Positions 37,652 through 48,932 of a DNA stretch of 64,000 nucleotides are shown piece after piece. A program made the position numbers and the translations under genes. Below the pieces are notes generated by a model. It did no database searches, was not told where the DNA came from, and saw nothing but the letters and a program-made list of their open reading frames with translations. Each line of letters begins with the position of its first letter. Within the stretch, counting starts at the first letter, position 1. Source of the stretch: Mobula birostris (Eukaryota); assembly GCF_030028105.1 (NCBI RefSeq), contig NC_092378.1, forward strand, positions 125,415,731-125,479,730. Reading direction: 5' to 3'.

Positions 37652-37789
37652 CTGAATTGTTGTCAAGTTCCACGATCATGTTCTTATTTGTGAATGATCT
37701 CCTCTGACCTGATGCCCTAAATGGTAACTGGCATAAAATCCTTCCCGGCTTATATTGTAAATTCTTAATACTGTTAAGTGATGCATGTC
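37652..37789 (-). CDS. ECI1: ECI1 exon 2 (138 nt), rest of the mitochondrial presequence
   Basis: Strong acceptor tttttgtgttttag|GA: (G)HASLNSIKNLQYKPGRILCQLPFRASGQRRSFTNKNMIVELDNNS G|gtaaat. Phase 1-1; basic and acid-poor, like a transit peptide. Confidence 0.85.
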
Positions 37790-38491
37790 CTAAAACACAA
37801 AAAAAAAATTGCAGCTGTTATATGGAGAGGGAATGCGAAAATCTAATCCTAGCCATATCTCTTTCGTTGTGTGGTACAGTAATAATCTTACACTTCTTAT
37901 TAAATTGATCTCATGAGGACATAAGGAACATGAGCAGTACTAGGTCACACGGCCCATCAATAAGATCATGGATGATAGGACCTTGCACTCAATGCCACCT
38001 TCCTGCCCCTTCTCCTTTATGCATAATTCTCCAATTGTCTAAAAATCCATCTATTCAGTAATTCCATTTCCAAGACTCTGTTGTAGAGCATTCCAAATAT
38101 TGTCAACTCACAGATTCAAGTCTTCTTCATCTTCCTCATAAATAGCAAATTCCCTTTAATCTGAAACTTTGTCCTGATTCTACCTTCCTCTCAGAATCTA
38201 ACGTTTTCAAAGTCATTTGAGTCTCTAAGCTCTGCTGAATACAGATTCAACCTTTCCTCATCCAACTCTCCCCCCAATCTATTCCAGGAATCAACCTCTT
38301 GAACCTTCTCTAAATTAACTCCAATATATTTAAGTATACTCACATATGGAGACCAACAGTGAATATAGTGTTCACCAAAGCCCAGCACAGTTGTGGCAAG
38401 ATCTCTGTACACATGTACTCTATTTCCCTTTCAATAAAGGGCAATAGTTTATTGCTTTCCTTACAACTTGCTGCATCTGCATGTTAACTAC

Positions 38492-41400
38492 GAAGTCAAG
38501 TTTATTATCATTTAAATATATATATGTATATAACGTATAGAACCATACAACATTATATAGAAACAAGCTATTTCTTCGAACCAGGGTGTAAAGCACAGTA
38601 GTACACATAACACACGATAACTTATGAAGGTACGTATAAGTCTACAGATGAATCACACATAAATCACAAGCTAAAGTGCATTAATTTTAAATATTGGAAG
38701 GTACGGAACAGATTAACCAGTGACACTTTGAATACGATGCGGCCAGGAGTGCAGAAACCTAATGGCCTGGGGGAAGAAACAGTTTCTCATCCTGACCATT
38801 CTTGTTTTTATGCATCATAGTCTCCTGCATGATGGTAGAAAGTCAAAGAGGATGCTGGATGGATGGGTGGGATCCTTAATAATAGTAAGGGCCCTGCATA
38901 TGCAGCAGTCCTGATAAATGTCTCCGGTAGATGGTAGGGAGACCCCTACAATCCTCTCAGCTGTTCTCACAGCTCACAGTCCTTTGTAGGGACTTCTGGT
39001 CCAATACTCAACTCCTCCCATACCAGATGGAGGTACAACCTGTCAGGATGCTCTCAATGGTGCTCCTGTAAAACACAGTTAAAATGGGGGCTAGGAGCCT
39101 TGTCTGCCTCAATCTTAGGAAGTGGAGGTGCTGCTGTGCCTTCTTGTTCAGGGAGATAATATTAAGGGACCGGGTGAGGTCATCCATGATGTGAACTCTC
39201 AGGAACTTAGTGCACTTAACTCTCTCTACATAGAGCCATGTACTCGCAGAGGGGGATGGTTCGTCTACACCTTCCTTAACTCAACAATGATTTCCTTTGT
39301 CTTCTCCAAGTTCAGGCTTAGGTGGGTTCTCACACCAGCCGCTCCGCTTCCTCTCTATATTCCGTTCGTCATCGTTCTTGATAAGGCCCACCACTGTTGC
39401 GTCACCTGCAAACTTAATGACACGGTTTGAGCTGGATCCTGTCATGTGTCAGCAGTGTGACCAGTAGCGGACTGCTCAACGTAATGGGACTAGAGACATT
39501 GCTGCCCACACGGTCTGACTGTGGCCTTACTGTTAAGAAGTCCAGTATCCAATTGCAGAGGGAGGTGTTGAGACCCAGTGAGGACAGTTTCCCCACCAGT
39601 TTCTGGGGTATGATGGCGTTGAACACCAGACTGAAGTATATAAACAGCAGTCTGGTATATGAGACCCCATTTTCCAATCGGGACAGGACAGAGTGGAGAG
39701 CAGAGGCTATTGCATCATCAGTGGATCAACTTGAGTGAGAATTGAACTGGAAAGGATCTAGTGTAGCCGGGAGAAAGGCTTTAATGTGCTCCAGGACCAG
39801 CCGCTCAAAGCATTTCATTATGGTTGATGTTAACGCCACCAAACAATAGTCATTTAGGCAGGTTACTGTCTCCTTCTTTGGCACTGGAATGACGGCCACC
39901 TTGAAAGCCAAAGGGCCAATGGATTGTTCCAGAGAGATGTTGAATATATCCGTCAGCTGGGCTGTAGTCTTTCAGAACCGAACCTGGTATATTATCGGGC
40001 CCCGCAACTTTGCGTGGGTTGACTCTGGCCAGGGTCTGCCTCACCTCGGCTTCAGCCATACAGAGTATCTGTTCACCTGGGGGAAGGGGTTCCTTCCTCA
40101 CCAGCACTTTGTTCTGCACATCAAACTGGATATAGAGTATATTGAACCTCTCAGGAAGTGAAACATCCTGGTAAAGCATCATGAGTCCTGATGAAGGCCC
40201 GAAGCGTCGACTATACTCTTTTCCATAGATGCTGCCCAGCCTGCTGAGTTCCTCCAGTGTTCTGTGTGTGTGTGTCACGATCCCTCAGCCTGGCATGGAC
40301 CTTTGCAGTAAGCCATAGCATCTGATTTGCCCGCACCTGGATGAATGATGGTAACGTTCTCAGTACACTTCTCTATGTAGCTGGTCGCAGAGTCCACATA
40401 TTCCTCAATATTAACATGGTTGCCATAGGTAGCAGCCTCCCTGAATATTCTCCAGTTCCTATTATCAAAGCAGTCCTGTGGTGCAGAGACTGCACTGTCA
40501 GACTATGTTTCTGCCACCTTTAGAACTGGTTTGACCCGTTTGATCAATGGTTTGTATGCTGGAATTAACATGACAAATACGTGATCTGTGAGTCCAAGGT
40601 GGGATTGAGCAACTGCTTTATAGGCACTTGGTATGTTATTGTAAACCAGGTCTAGTGTATTTTCACCTCTGGTAGCAAAATCAACATGCTGGTGGAATTC
40701 AGACAGGACTGTCTTTAGGTTCACATGGTTAAAATCGCTTGTGATGATGAAAATACCTTCAGGGTGCTTAGTTTGAAAATACTGATAGCGCTGTACACCA
40801 ACGCAGTGCCTCGCTGGCATTAGCAGAGAGGGTGTGGTGATATATACAGCTGCCAATGCAATTGTGGTGAACTCCCTCAATAAATAAAATGGTTTGCACT
40901 TCACAAAAGTGAACTCAATCATCGGTGAACAATGGGGCACCACTGTTAAAGCGTCTGTACACCAGTTATTATTTATGTAAATATAGATATCACCACCGCA
41001 TGCCTTGTCTGAGATCGCTGGGTTCCTGTCAACCTGAAACGCACTGAAACCCTCCAGCTGGATGACTGTGTCTGGGATGGATTCATGAAGTCTTGATTCC
41101 ATGAGAATGTGTGCACAGAAGTTTCTCCCTCACTGGTTCAGTCTCAGGCACAGGTAGTCCAGTTTATTTTCAAGTGAGCGGACGTTTGCCAGTAAGAATG
41201 AGGGGAGAGCTGACCTGAAGGGCTTCAACCTAAGTTGTTCCTGAATTCCAACGTGTTTCCCCCCTTTTCGTTTCTTTGTGCTCCTCTTCCTATGGTATCA
41301 CTCACGGAGGTCTGTAGCAGGCAATGGTGTGCACAATAAGCCCAGACTGCCGAGCTCCTCTGCAGTTCAACAGTTCATAATGAGGTAGAATTGCAGTGTA

Positions 41401-41518
41401 CAGTATATTTCATAGCTGGTTGCATTTTCCGATCATGACAAAGACATACCGGACATGGACGAGCTGTTATGTCCAGAGATGATGTGGTCGCTGCGTCTGA
41501 ACACGCCGTCATCTTGGA
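38492..41518 (-). mobile_element. Near-full-length decayed Rex/Babar LINE (APE endonuclease + RT)
   Basis: 5' CAAGATG start; [81 protein letters not shown]; 3' ..gataataaacttgactt. Confidence 0.85.
40183..40276 (+). mobile_element. Short PLE terminus with deleted hammerhead, inserted in the Rex/Babar LINE
   Basis: gagtc CTGATGA AGGCCC GAAG C GTC gacta..gatgctgcccagcctgctgagttcctccag. Confidence 0.7.
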
Positions 41519-42016
41519 AAGTGTTTCATGATACACAGATCTCTCTATGCAGCAGCATTCAGTAGTCCCCCCATTTAAACAGTATTTTACTTCTCCATTT
41601 TAGCTTTGAAAATGACTAACATCACATTATACCCCATCAGCCATTGTTTTGATCACTCCATTAATCTATCTATATCCCTTTGCAGACATGTTGCATCATT
41701 TTCCTACAACTTGCTTTCCCAAATATCATTGTGACAGGTGTAAATTGAGATTTCACTAACCATGGCTCATCTAAGTGTGAATGGTTGTCTAATCTTCTAT
41801 CTGTTCTACTGTCCCCAGAGCAATGAGCTCTTACCTTCTTGTGCTGCCTCACCAAAGAACCCTTGAAAATCCAGATCCTCATTCACCTTTCTCTGTCCTG
41901 ATAGTTCTAATGTCACAGAGCTATAATAAATCAACCAAGCCCCACTTCTTTTTCACAAAGCCATGTTGACTCCAGCAATTTGCCTTGGAACTACTTAACT
42001 TCTATTCTTTTTTTTA

Positions 42017-42195
42017 AATTTAGAGATACAGCATGCAATAGGCCCTTCCCCACAACCCACCTCATTTAACCCGAAGCTAATCACAGGACAATTTACAATG
42101 ACCAATTAAGCTATTAACTGCAACGTCTTTGCAATGTGGGAAGAAACCAGAGCACCAAGAGGAAACCCATGCACTCAGGGGAAGGACATACAAAC
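42017..42195 (-). mobile_element. V-SINE/HE1-like SINE fragment
   Basis: Similar to 20112-20305 (ctaatcac-ggacaatttacaatgaccaattaa..ggaaacccatgca). Confidence 0.65.
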
Positions 42196-42391
42196 TTCTG
42201 ATGCTATTTCATTCCCGTAGCAACTCCAACAACAGCTTCTAAATAAAAGCTGAAAATAAATCTTGACATTGGGCCAGAGAATTGTATTCAGTTATGAAAT
42301 AAATAATAGCTCCTGATGACAAATATGAAAATAAATGAGGGAAGAACCTAGAATGTAATAATGTAGGGGACAATTAATACAGTAAATAAAA

Positions 42392-42714
42392 TCCCCCCCA
42401 CCCCTCTATTCTCCACTCTGGCCCTTTTATTTTCTTCTCCCTTACCTATTACATCCCCCTGGGTCGCCTCCTCCTATAGTCCACTCTTCTCTCCTATCTG
42501 ATTCTTTCTTCTCCAGCTCTCAACTTTTCCTACCCACCTGGCTTCACCTATCACCTTTCAGCTATCCTTCCCCTCTTTCCACCTTTTATTCTGGCATCTT
42601 CCCCCTTCCTTCTCAGTCCTGAAGAAGGGGATTAGACTGAAACATTGACTGTTTCTTCATTTCCATAGATGCTGCCTGACCTGCTGAGTTCCTCCAGCAC
42701 TTTGTGTGTGTTGA
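42392..42714 (+). mobile_element. PLE 3' region with hammerhead remnant (42614-42651)
   Basis: Pyrimidine tract, then cagtc CTGAAGA AGGGGATTAGACT GAAA C ATT gactg and the shared terminus. Confidence 0.72.
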
Positions 42715-44164
42715 GTAGAATAGCCTGTTTGAGGAAGAGTAATGAAAGAGGAGAGAATCCAAATAGAAGTGGACCAGCACACCATGAATACACAAAATAG
42801 AAAACGTTCAGCAAGTTCACAAAATACTAAATCTCAGAAGATAAGAGACTGCATAAGAAGTGGAACTAAGTGTCTTATTAAATGCAGGAGCTTATGTTGG
42901 ACTTGACTTTTTCTGTTTTAACTGAGAAAGCTGAAAAAAGGGTCAAACTATTTTTGAATTTTTATCTCAGCCATAAACATCCTTGCTTGCAATAATTATC
43001 AACCAGGCAGATTTTCTTGGCTGAACTGCAAATGATTCGGCCCACTGCTCTGACTCAGTCCCCACCCCTACGTTTAAGTTTTTGTGGATGCCAGTTCATA
43101 CTGTCTTAGGGCTTTCAATCTCAGAGTCAGGTGACAGGGCACAATTACATCCCACACAACCTATCACAGATGCTTGTTTTCTGAATATTCTGGCAGCCTT
43201 TGACAGAGCAATGTTCCCTTGCCAGTCTGAGGGGTTCTGTGAATGCTTACATAGCTCTGCTAGTCAGACACAAGTGAAACGAATAAACTATTTTAATTAA
43301 GAAACAATAAATACATTATTTGTTTTTCTATAAAAGTATTCAAGTTATTAAAACATTATAGCATGAATAAATATTCAAATGCACTAATAAACATTCATTA
43401 GTATTTAAAATGACAAATGAGGATTTCCATCCTACAGTAGGTTGGATGATGCAGAGGAATCCTAAACTTATTCTCCGATTCCATGTGGAATTCAGTGGTA
43501 GGACACAGTACGGCATGGTCTTACATGCAAGTGGCAGCTTCCTTCATATTTGACACCTACAGCAGTGTAATGAGCCATTATTTTCACTCATTTTTCTTTA
43601 AAAATACCATATGTGGCTTTCAAAACACATATTAACTGCAGATAATAAATAAATCATCTTATATGAAACCAAGTTATGAAGAAACAGCCAGAAGTTTTAA
43701 ACTAGTACTGATTAAATGTGAATTATCTGCAAAGCATTACTCAGTCAGTACAAACTGAGCAACTTCATTTGTCACTTTAAAACCAATCACAAGTTGTCAT
43801 CTATGGTTACCTTGTATGAATATAAGGTGATTACATAGTCATACTTTATTGATCCCAGGGGAAATTGGTTAATTTTTAAATCATACCCCATACTTTAGAT
43901 GAAGATAACACAAAATTTCTATAAGTAATAAATTAAATATCAATTTTGTGCCTCATTACAGAGAAACAGTATTCTTGATCTCCTAGGTTGGTGCTAATGT
44001 TGAGAACTGAATACAAGGCAATTTGAAGTAATCAGCCTTGCTCAATGAAGCCACAAAGAAAACAAATCACAAAAATATTTTTCATTATTTCTGGATAAAA
44101 GAAAAATGTTGGATATAGTGGTGGTAAAATAAACAATCATGGTGCTTATGTAAAGACTATAAGT

Positions 44165-44815
44165 GGCTATATTTTCATCAGGAGTTGAGGAGATTTGGTT
44201 TGTCACCTAAAACATTCAAAAACTTCTACAAATGTAACATGGAGAGCATTCTCACTGGCTGAATCACTGTCTGGTTTTGGGGGGAGGTGCTACTGCACAG
44301 GATCATAGTAAGCTGTAGAGAGCTATAAAATTAGTCAGCTCCATCATGGGTACTAGGTATCCAAGGTATCTTCAAGGAGCCTCAGAGAAGTAGCTTTATC
44401 AAGGTCCCCCACCACCAAGGACATGCTCTCTTCTCATTGTTACCATCAGGAAGGAGGTACAGAAACCTGAATGTACACACTCAGTGATTCAGGACAGCTT
44501 CATCCCCTCTCCCATCCAATCAATGAATACTACCTCACAAATTCTTTTAAAAAATTCTGTTTTTTGTACTACTTATCTTAATTTATCATGAATTGCATTG
44601 TACTGCTGCTGCAAAGTCAACAAATTTCACGACAAGTGCCGGTGATATTAAGCAACACACATAAAAAACGTCAACTGAAATGTCCACTGTACCTCTTCCT
44701 ATAGATGCTGCCTGGCCTGCTGCGTTCACCAGCAATTTTTATGTGTGTTGCTTGAAATTCCAACATCTGCAGATTTCCTTGTGTTTCCGGTGATATTACG
44801 CCTGATTCTGATTGT
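44165..44815 (+). mobile_element. Rex/Babar-type LINE 3' fragment with nested PLE mini-element
   Basis: IRS.RRFGLSPK..NFYKCNMESILTG, FSLLPSGRRYR; tail ..cctgattctgatt. Confidence 0.7.
44651..44786 (+). mobile_element. PLE mini-element with short inverted arm, 12-bp TSD
   Basis: TSD ccggtgatatta at 44639-44650 and 44787-44798; agcaacacacataaaaa inverted against tttttatgtgtgttgct. Confidence 0.8.
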
Positions 44816-44989
44816 AGCTGACAAATTATTAGAAAGTACCAAGTGCCTACATTAATATCTCTGTTACACTGTATGTAGATTTTACCAAACTCTTGACATC
44901 CATCCCAAACATCCAGGATTTCTTCTGTTCATTGCATCAACTATCACAATCTCCAAAAGCAGGCAATTGCAATATGAATTCCAACACAA

Positions 44990-45348
44990 AATGGGGATGG
45001 AACTGGACTCTCTGACGGTGGTTGCATGCCATCTTGGACAATGTCTCCCATCCACTACATAATGTACTGGTTGGGCACAGGAGTACATTCAGCCAGAGAC
45101 TCATTCCACCGAGATGCAACACAGAGCGTCATAGGAGGTTATTCCTGCCTGTGGCCTTCTAACTTTACAACTCCTCCCTTAGAGGGTCAGACACCCTGAG
45201 CCAATAGGCTGGTCCTGAACTTATTTCCTGGCATAATTTACATATTACTATTTAACTATTTATGGTTTTATTACTATTTAATTACTTATGGTGCAACTGT
45301 AACGAAAACCAATTTCCCCCGGGATCAATAAAGTATGACTATGACTAC
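44990..45348 (+). mobile_element. Rex1-type LINE 3' end
   Basis: GMELDSLTVVA, HPLH, RSTFSQRLIPPRCNTERHRR.FLP; tail aataaag(tatgac)n. Confidence 0.7.
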
Positions 45349-46691
45349 TAAATATACCCATAAAGTTATCAAATTTAACTTGAATAGCTTTGTGGAAATT
45401 TTGGAGCCTATCAATGCTTTCCCTAAAGAAAACAGGAAATCCTATCTGCAACTTGAAGATGAGTAATGGACTAGGAGCTGGTACTCCTTACTGATACTAA
45501 GCTCTCCGTTTAGCTGTCCAAGGCAAGAATAAGGTTGTATTCTGTCCCCACTCATAGTTATCAACTTCTATAACAGTTAAAGTTTGTGCAGAGACGTAAT
45601 CACTTGACACTTCTGCAATTCAAACTAGAGTAAACATGCCACCAGAAATCCAGGTAAAAGATTGCAAAAGTAACAAATACAAAGGTAAATTGCTAGAACT
45701 GTTTGATGACTTTCAGGCCAGATCTGAAGATTTGCTGAACTTCAGACTCTGCTTCTCCTACGTTGATTATGATTGATGAAGGAGTGAAGGAGTCTTATTT
45801 TCAAAAAGATGATTATGGAAAGATTCACTGTATAGATAGAATTACCAGAACTCCAAGAAGTGCAAGCTCTGAACATGATCTGCATGTTAAGAGTCTACAA
45901 ATGAATTCTGGAAGCAATTACCAGGACCAGTATCCTCATTACAAGAATAGCATCATATGACTCATTTTAATTAACAGCATATTGTTTTGAATCACAGTAT
46001 CTTTGATGAAATTCATCAAATTAGTATTTCCTTAACATTTGGCTGAGAAACCCTAGATCATTTGAGAACTTGCTAAGAACGTTCCCAAACACAACCATAT
46101 TGGAGAATCACAAAGCCTCCAATTCCACCGTAAATAGTTAGGATAGAGGAAGATTATGCTTAACAACTTTCTAGAAGTTGGGAGTGTCTGCAGTAAAAAT
46201 GCATACCTTGCAGCTCTCAAACTTCTGAATATCATTGAATTGCTCTGAAGCACATTGAATTGCTCAGTTTAGCCACACTGCTATAAATTAAATGGTTTAG
46301 TCTGTTAGGTAGCACAGGAACAATTTGGCATTTAATTGGAACTTAAATGAAGACAATTGCACAAATAAGCTTGTACAGCACATGGAAAGGACACAAGGTC
46401 AAAAGTATACCTTCTAAAGATATAAAGATCAATTTTCTATTGATATATGGCAATTGACAATCACTATATTAGTTTTTACTGGAGATGATCCACATACTGG
46501 CAGTAAAAGGTACACAGACCTTGTACATTTAACATATTAGGGTTAGTGTTTGTGATCAGTAATGATAGCACTGTAGCAATAGAGAACGCAGTAGAGTAGC
46601 AATGGTGAATGCAGTACGAAGTGAAAATTGACACTGATGTACTAGATAGTGTAGCGTTATAGTGACATTGGGTAGGGTAATGGTATAAGCT

Positions 46692-46885
46692 ACACTCACA
46701 AAACGCTGGAGGAACTAAGGAGGCCAGGCAGCATCCATGGAAAAGAGCTGTCCTGATTAGGGGTTTCGGCCGGAGGCGTCAACTGTTTGCTCTTTTCCAT
46801 CGATTTTGCCAGGCCTGCTGAGTTCGTCCAGCGTTCTGTGTGTTGCTTTGGATTTCCAGCATCTGCAGATTTTCTCTTGCTTATG
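46692..46885 (+). mobile_element. PLE hairpin mini-element with degenerate hammerhead and probable 13-bp TSD, in ECI1 intron 1
   Basis: Inverted arms flank tgtcCTGATTAggggtttcggccGGAGgcGTCaactg. Flanks aatggtataagct (46679-46691) and aatggtacaagct (46886-46898). Confidence 0.7.
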
Positions 46886-47039
46886 AATGGTACAAGCTGT
46901 GGGGATGTTGGGTAGGGTAAGAGCACTGTGGTGATACCAGAGAGGATACTGGCACTTCATTGCCGCTAATAGTGATACCAGGCAGTCCACTGATGCCAGG
47001 TAGGCAGAGAGCATTACAGGGTTTAGCACTAGCCAGTGC

Positions 47040-47440
47040 CCTGGTGCCGGGCAGGCGAAGAACGGGGGCCGAGCTTACAATTCCTAATTTCCCTCCAATA
47101 TTTGGTACCGGTCCAGTTAATTCCGGCCTGCACCCAGAGGCCGCCACCCGCTGGACCCCGGTGTCACAGACCTGAACAAAACCCTCGAACCGCCTTCAAT
47201 AGCGCCGCCATTTTCCGCCGGGGAACAGAAACCGGAAGCTATGGGGCGGAAGCAGTGCTGCCTTTCGAGCTGCGGGGCGGAAGCAGCGCTGCCTTTCGAG
47301 TTGCGATGGAACTGCAGCTTGTGTTGTCCGGCCTGCAAATCCACGATGATCCTGCAGATGGTGAGGGGGAGTCGTTTCGAAAACCGTACTTTCAGCTTTA
47401 TCTCCGAAATGGTCGTACGTTCGCTGATTACTCCCGTCCA
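47040..47440. promoter_or_regulatory. ECI1 CpG-island promoter with ETS-like (CGGAAG), GC-box and YY1-like (GCCGCCATTTT) motifs
   Basis: CpG-rich; CCGGAAG at 47232, GGGGCGGAAG at 47243 and 47274, GCCGCCATTTT overlapping the ATG. Confidence 0.7.
47172..47211 (-). CDS. ECI1: ECI1 exon 1 coding part (40 nt)
   Basis: AAAATGGCG Kozak context in a CpG island; MAALLKAVRGFCS G|gtctgt, phase 1 matches exon 2. Total CDS 921 nt, 306 aa. Confidence 0.8.
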
Positions 47441-47688
47441 GTTTCAAGTATGCACATAGCACCAGATGGATTTTAACTTATGCCGCTGTTCATTTGATTT
47501 GTGTGATTGAAAACACCTCTGATACTTTCAACGACGTATTTGCAAACTATGAAAAACTTTTTGTTTGAATAAATGGTCCGTAAAAGTGGAGTGGCAATTT
47601 AGAGAGGAGGAAGTTCTCTTCAGTGGATTACGAGGGGTGGTTAATAAGTTCCTGGCCTAAGGTGGAAGGAGTCAATTTAGAAAACCTA

Positions 47689-47876
47689 AACACGAGGAAG
47701 TCTGCAGAAGCTGGAAATTCAAGCAACACACACAAAATGCAAGTGGAACGCAGCAGGCCAGGCAGCATCTATAGGAAGAATCCTGACGAAGGGTCTCGGC
47801 CCGAAACGTTGACTATACTTCTTCCTATAGATGCTGCCTGGCCTGCTGTGTTCCACCAGCATTTTGTGTGTGTTGC
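47689..47876. mobile_element. PLE hairpin mini-element, 13-bp TSD
   Basis: TSD tttagaaaaccta at 47676-47688 and 47877-47889; about 58-bp inverted arms flank a hammerhead motif. Confidence 0.82.
47779..47815 (+). ncRNA. Minimal hammerhead motif with intact core (GUU triplet)
   Basis: aatc CTGACGA A GGGT-CTCG-GCCC GAAA C GTT gacta. Confidence 0.58.
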
Positions 47877-47970
47877 TTTAGAAAACCTAGCACATTTATT
47901 TTTTAACATAGTTCCCTCAAACATGTACACACTTAGTCCAGTGGTTGTGGAGCATACAGATCACTTCTTT

Positions 47971-48932
47971 AGAACATACAAATAGTACAGCACAGTACAG
48001 GCCCTTCGGCCCACAATGTTGTGCCAACCCTCAAACACTGCCTCCCATATAAGCCCCCACCTTAAATTCCTCCATATACCTGTCTAGTAGTCTCTCAAAC
48101 TTCACTAGTGTATCTGCCTCCACCACTGACTCAGGCAGTGCATTCCACGCACCAACCACTCTCTGAGTAAAAAACCTTCCTCTAATATCCGCCTTGAACT
48201 TCCCACCCCTTACCTTAAAGCCATGTCCTCTTGTATTGAACCGTGGTGCCCTGGGGAAGAGGCGCTGGCTATCCTCTCTCTAGTTCTCTTAATATCTTGT
48301 ATACCTCTATCATGTCTCCTCTCATCCTCTTTCTCTCCAAAGAATAAAGCCCTAGCTCCCTTAATCTCTGATCATAATGCATACTCTCTAAACCAGGCAG
48401 CATCCTGGTAAATCTCCTCTGTACCCTTTCCACTGCTTCCACATCCTTCCTATAGTGAGGCGACCAGAAATGGACACAGTACTCCAAGTGTGGCCTAACC
48501 AGAGTTTTATAGAGCTGCATCATTACATCGTGATTCTTAAACTCTGTCCCGTGACTTATGAAAGCTAACACCCCATAAGCTTTCTTAACTACCCTATCCA
48601 CCTGTGAGGCAACTTTCAGGGATCTGTGGACATGTACCCCCAGATCCCTCTGCTCCTCCACACTACCAAGTATCCTGCCATTTACTTTGTACTCTGCCTT
48701 GGAGTTTGTCCTTCCAAAGTGTACCACCTCACACTTCTTCAGGTTGAACTCCATCTGCCACTTCTCAGCCCACTTCTGCATCCTATCAATGTCTCTCTGC
48801 AATCTTTGATAAACCTCTACACTATCTACAACACCATCAACCTTTGTGTCATCTGCAAACTTGCCAACCCACCCTTCTACCCGCACATCCAGGTCATTAA
48901 TAAAAATCACGAGAAGTGGAGGTCCCAAAACA
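47971..48932 (-). mobile_element. 5'-truncated CR1, well preserved RT C-terminus
   Basis: ORF 48269..49015 from [47 protein letters not shown]. Confidence 0.9.

Noticed and set aside
45357-45442. Candidate ECI1 exon 2 (..FHKAIQVKFDNFM G|gtatat)
   Set aside because: Weak in-phase acceptor. 37652-37789 has a strong acceptor, correct phases and better similarity.
31376-46785. All hammerhead-core copies inside ECI1 introns are antisense to the gene
   Set aside because: Only five copies, and INTS15 shows two sense and one antisense; too few to claim selection.
46881-47476. Several overlapping 71-146 aa ORFs on both strands
   Set aside because: Expected in a GC-rich CpG island; only the 40-nt ECI1 exon 1 has splice and homology support.
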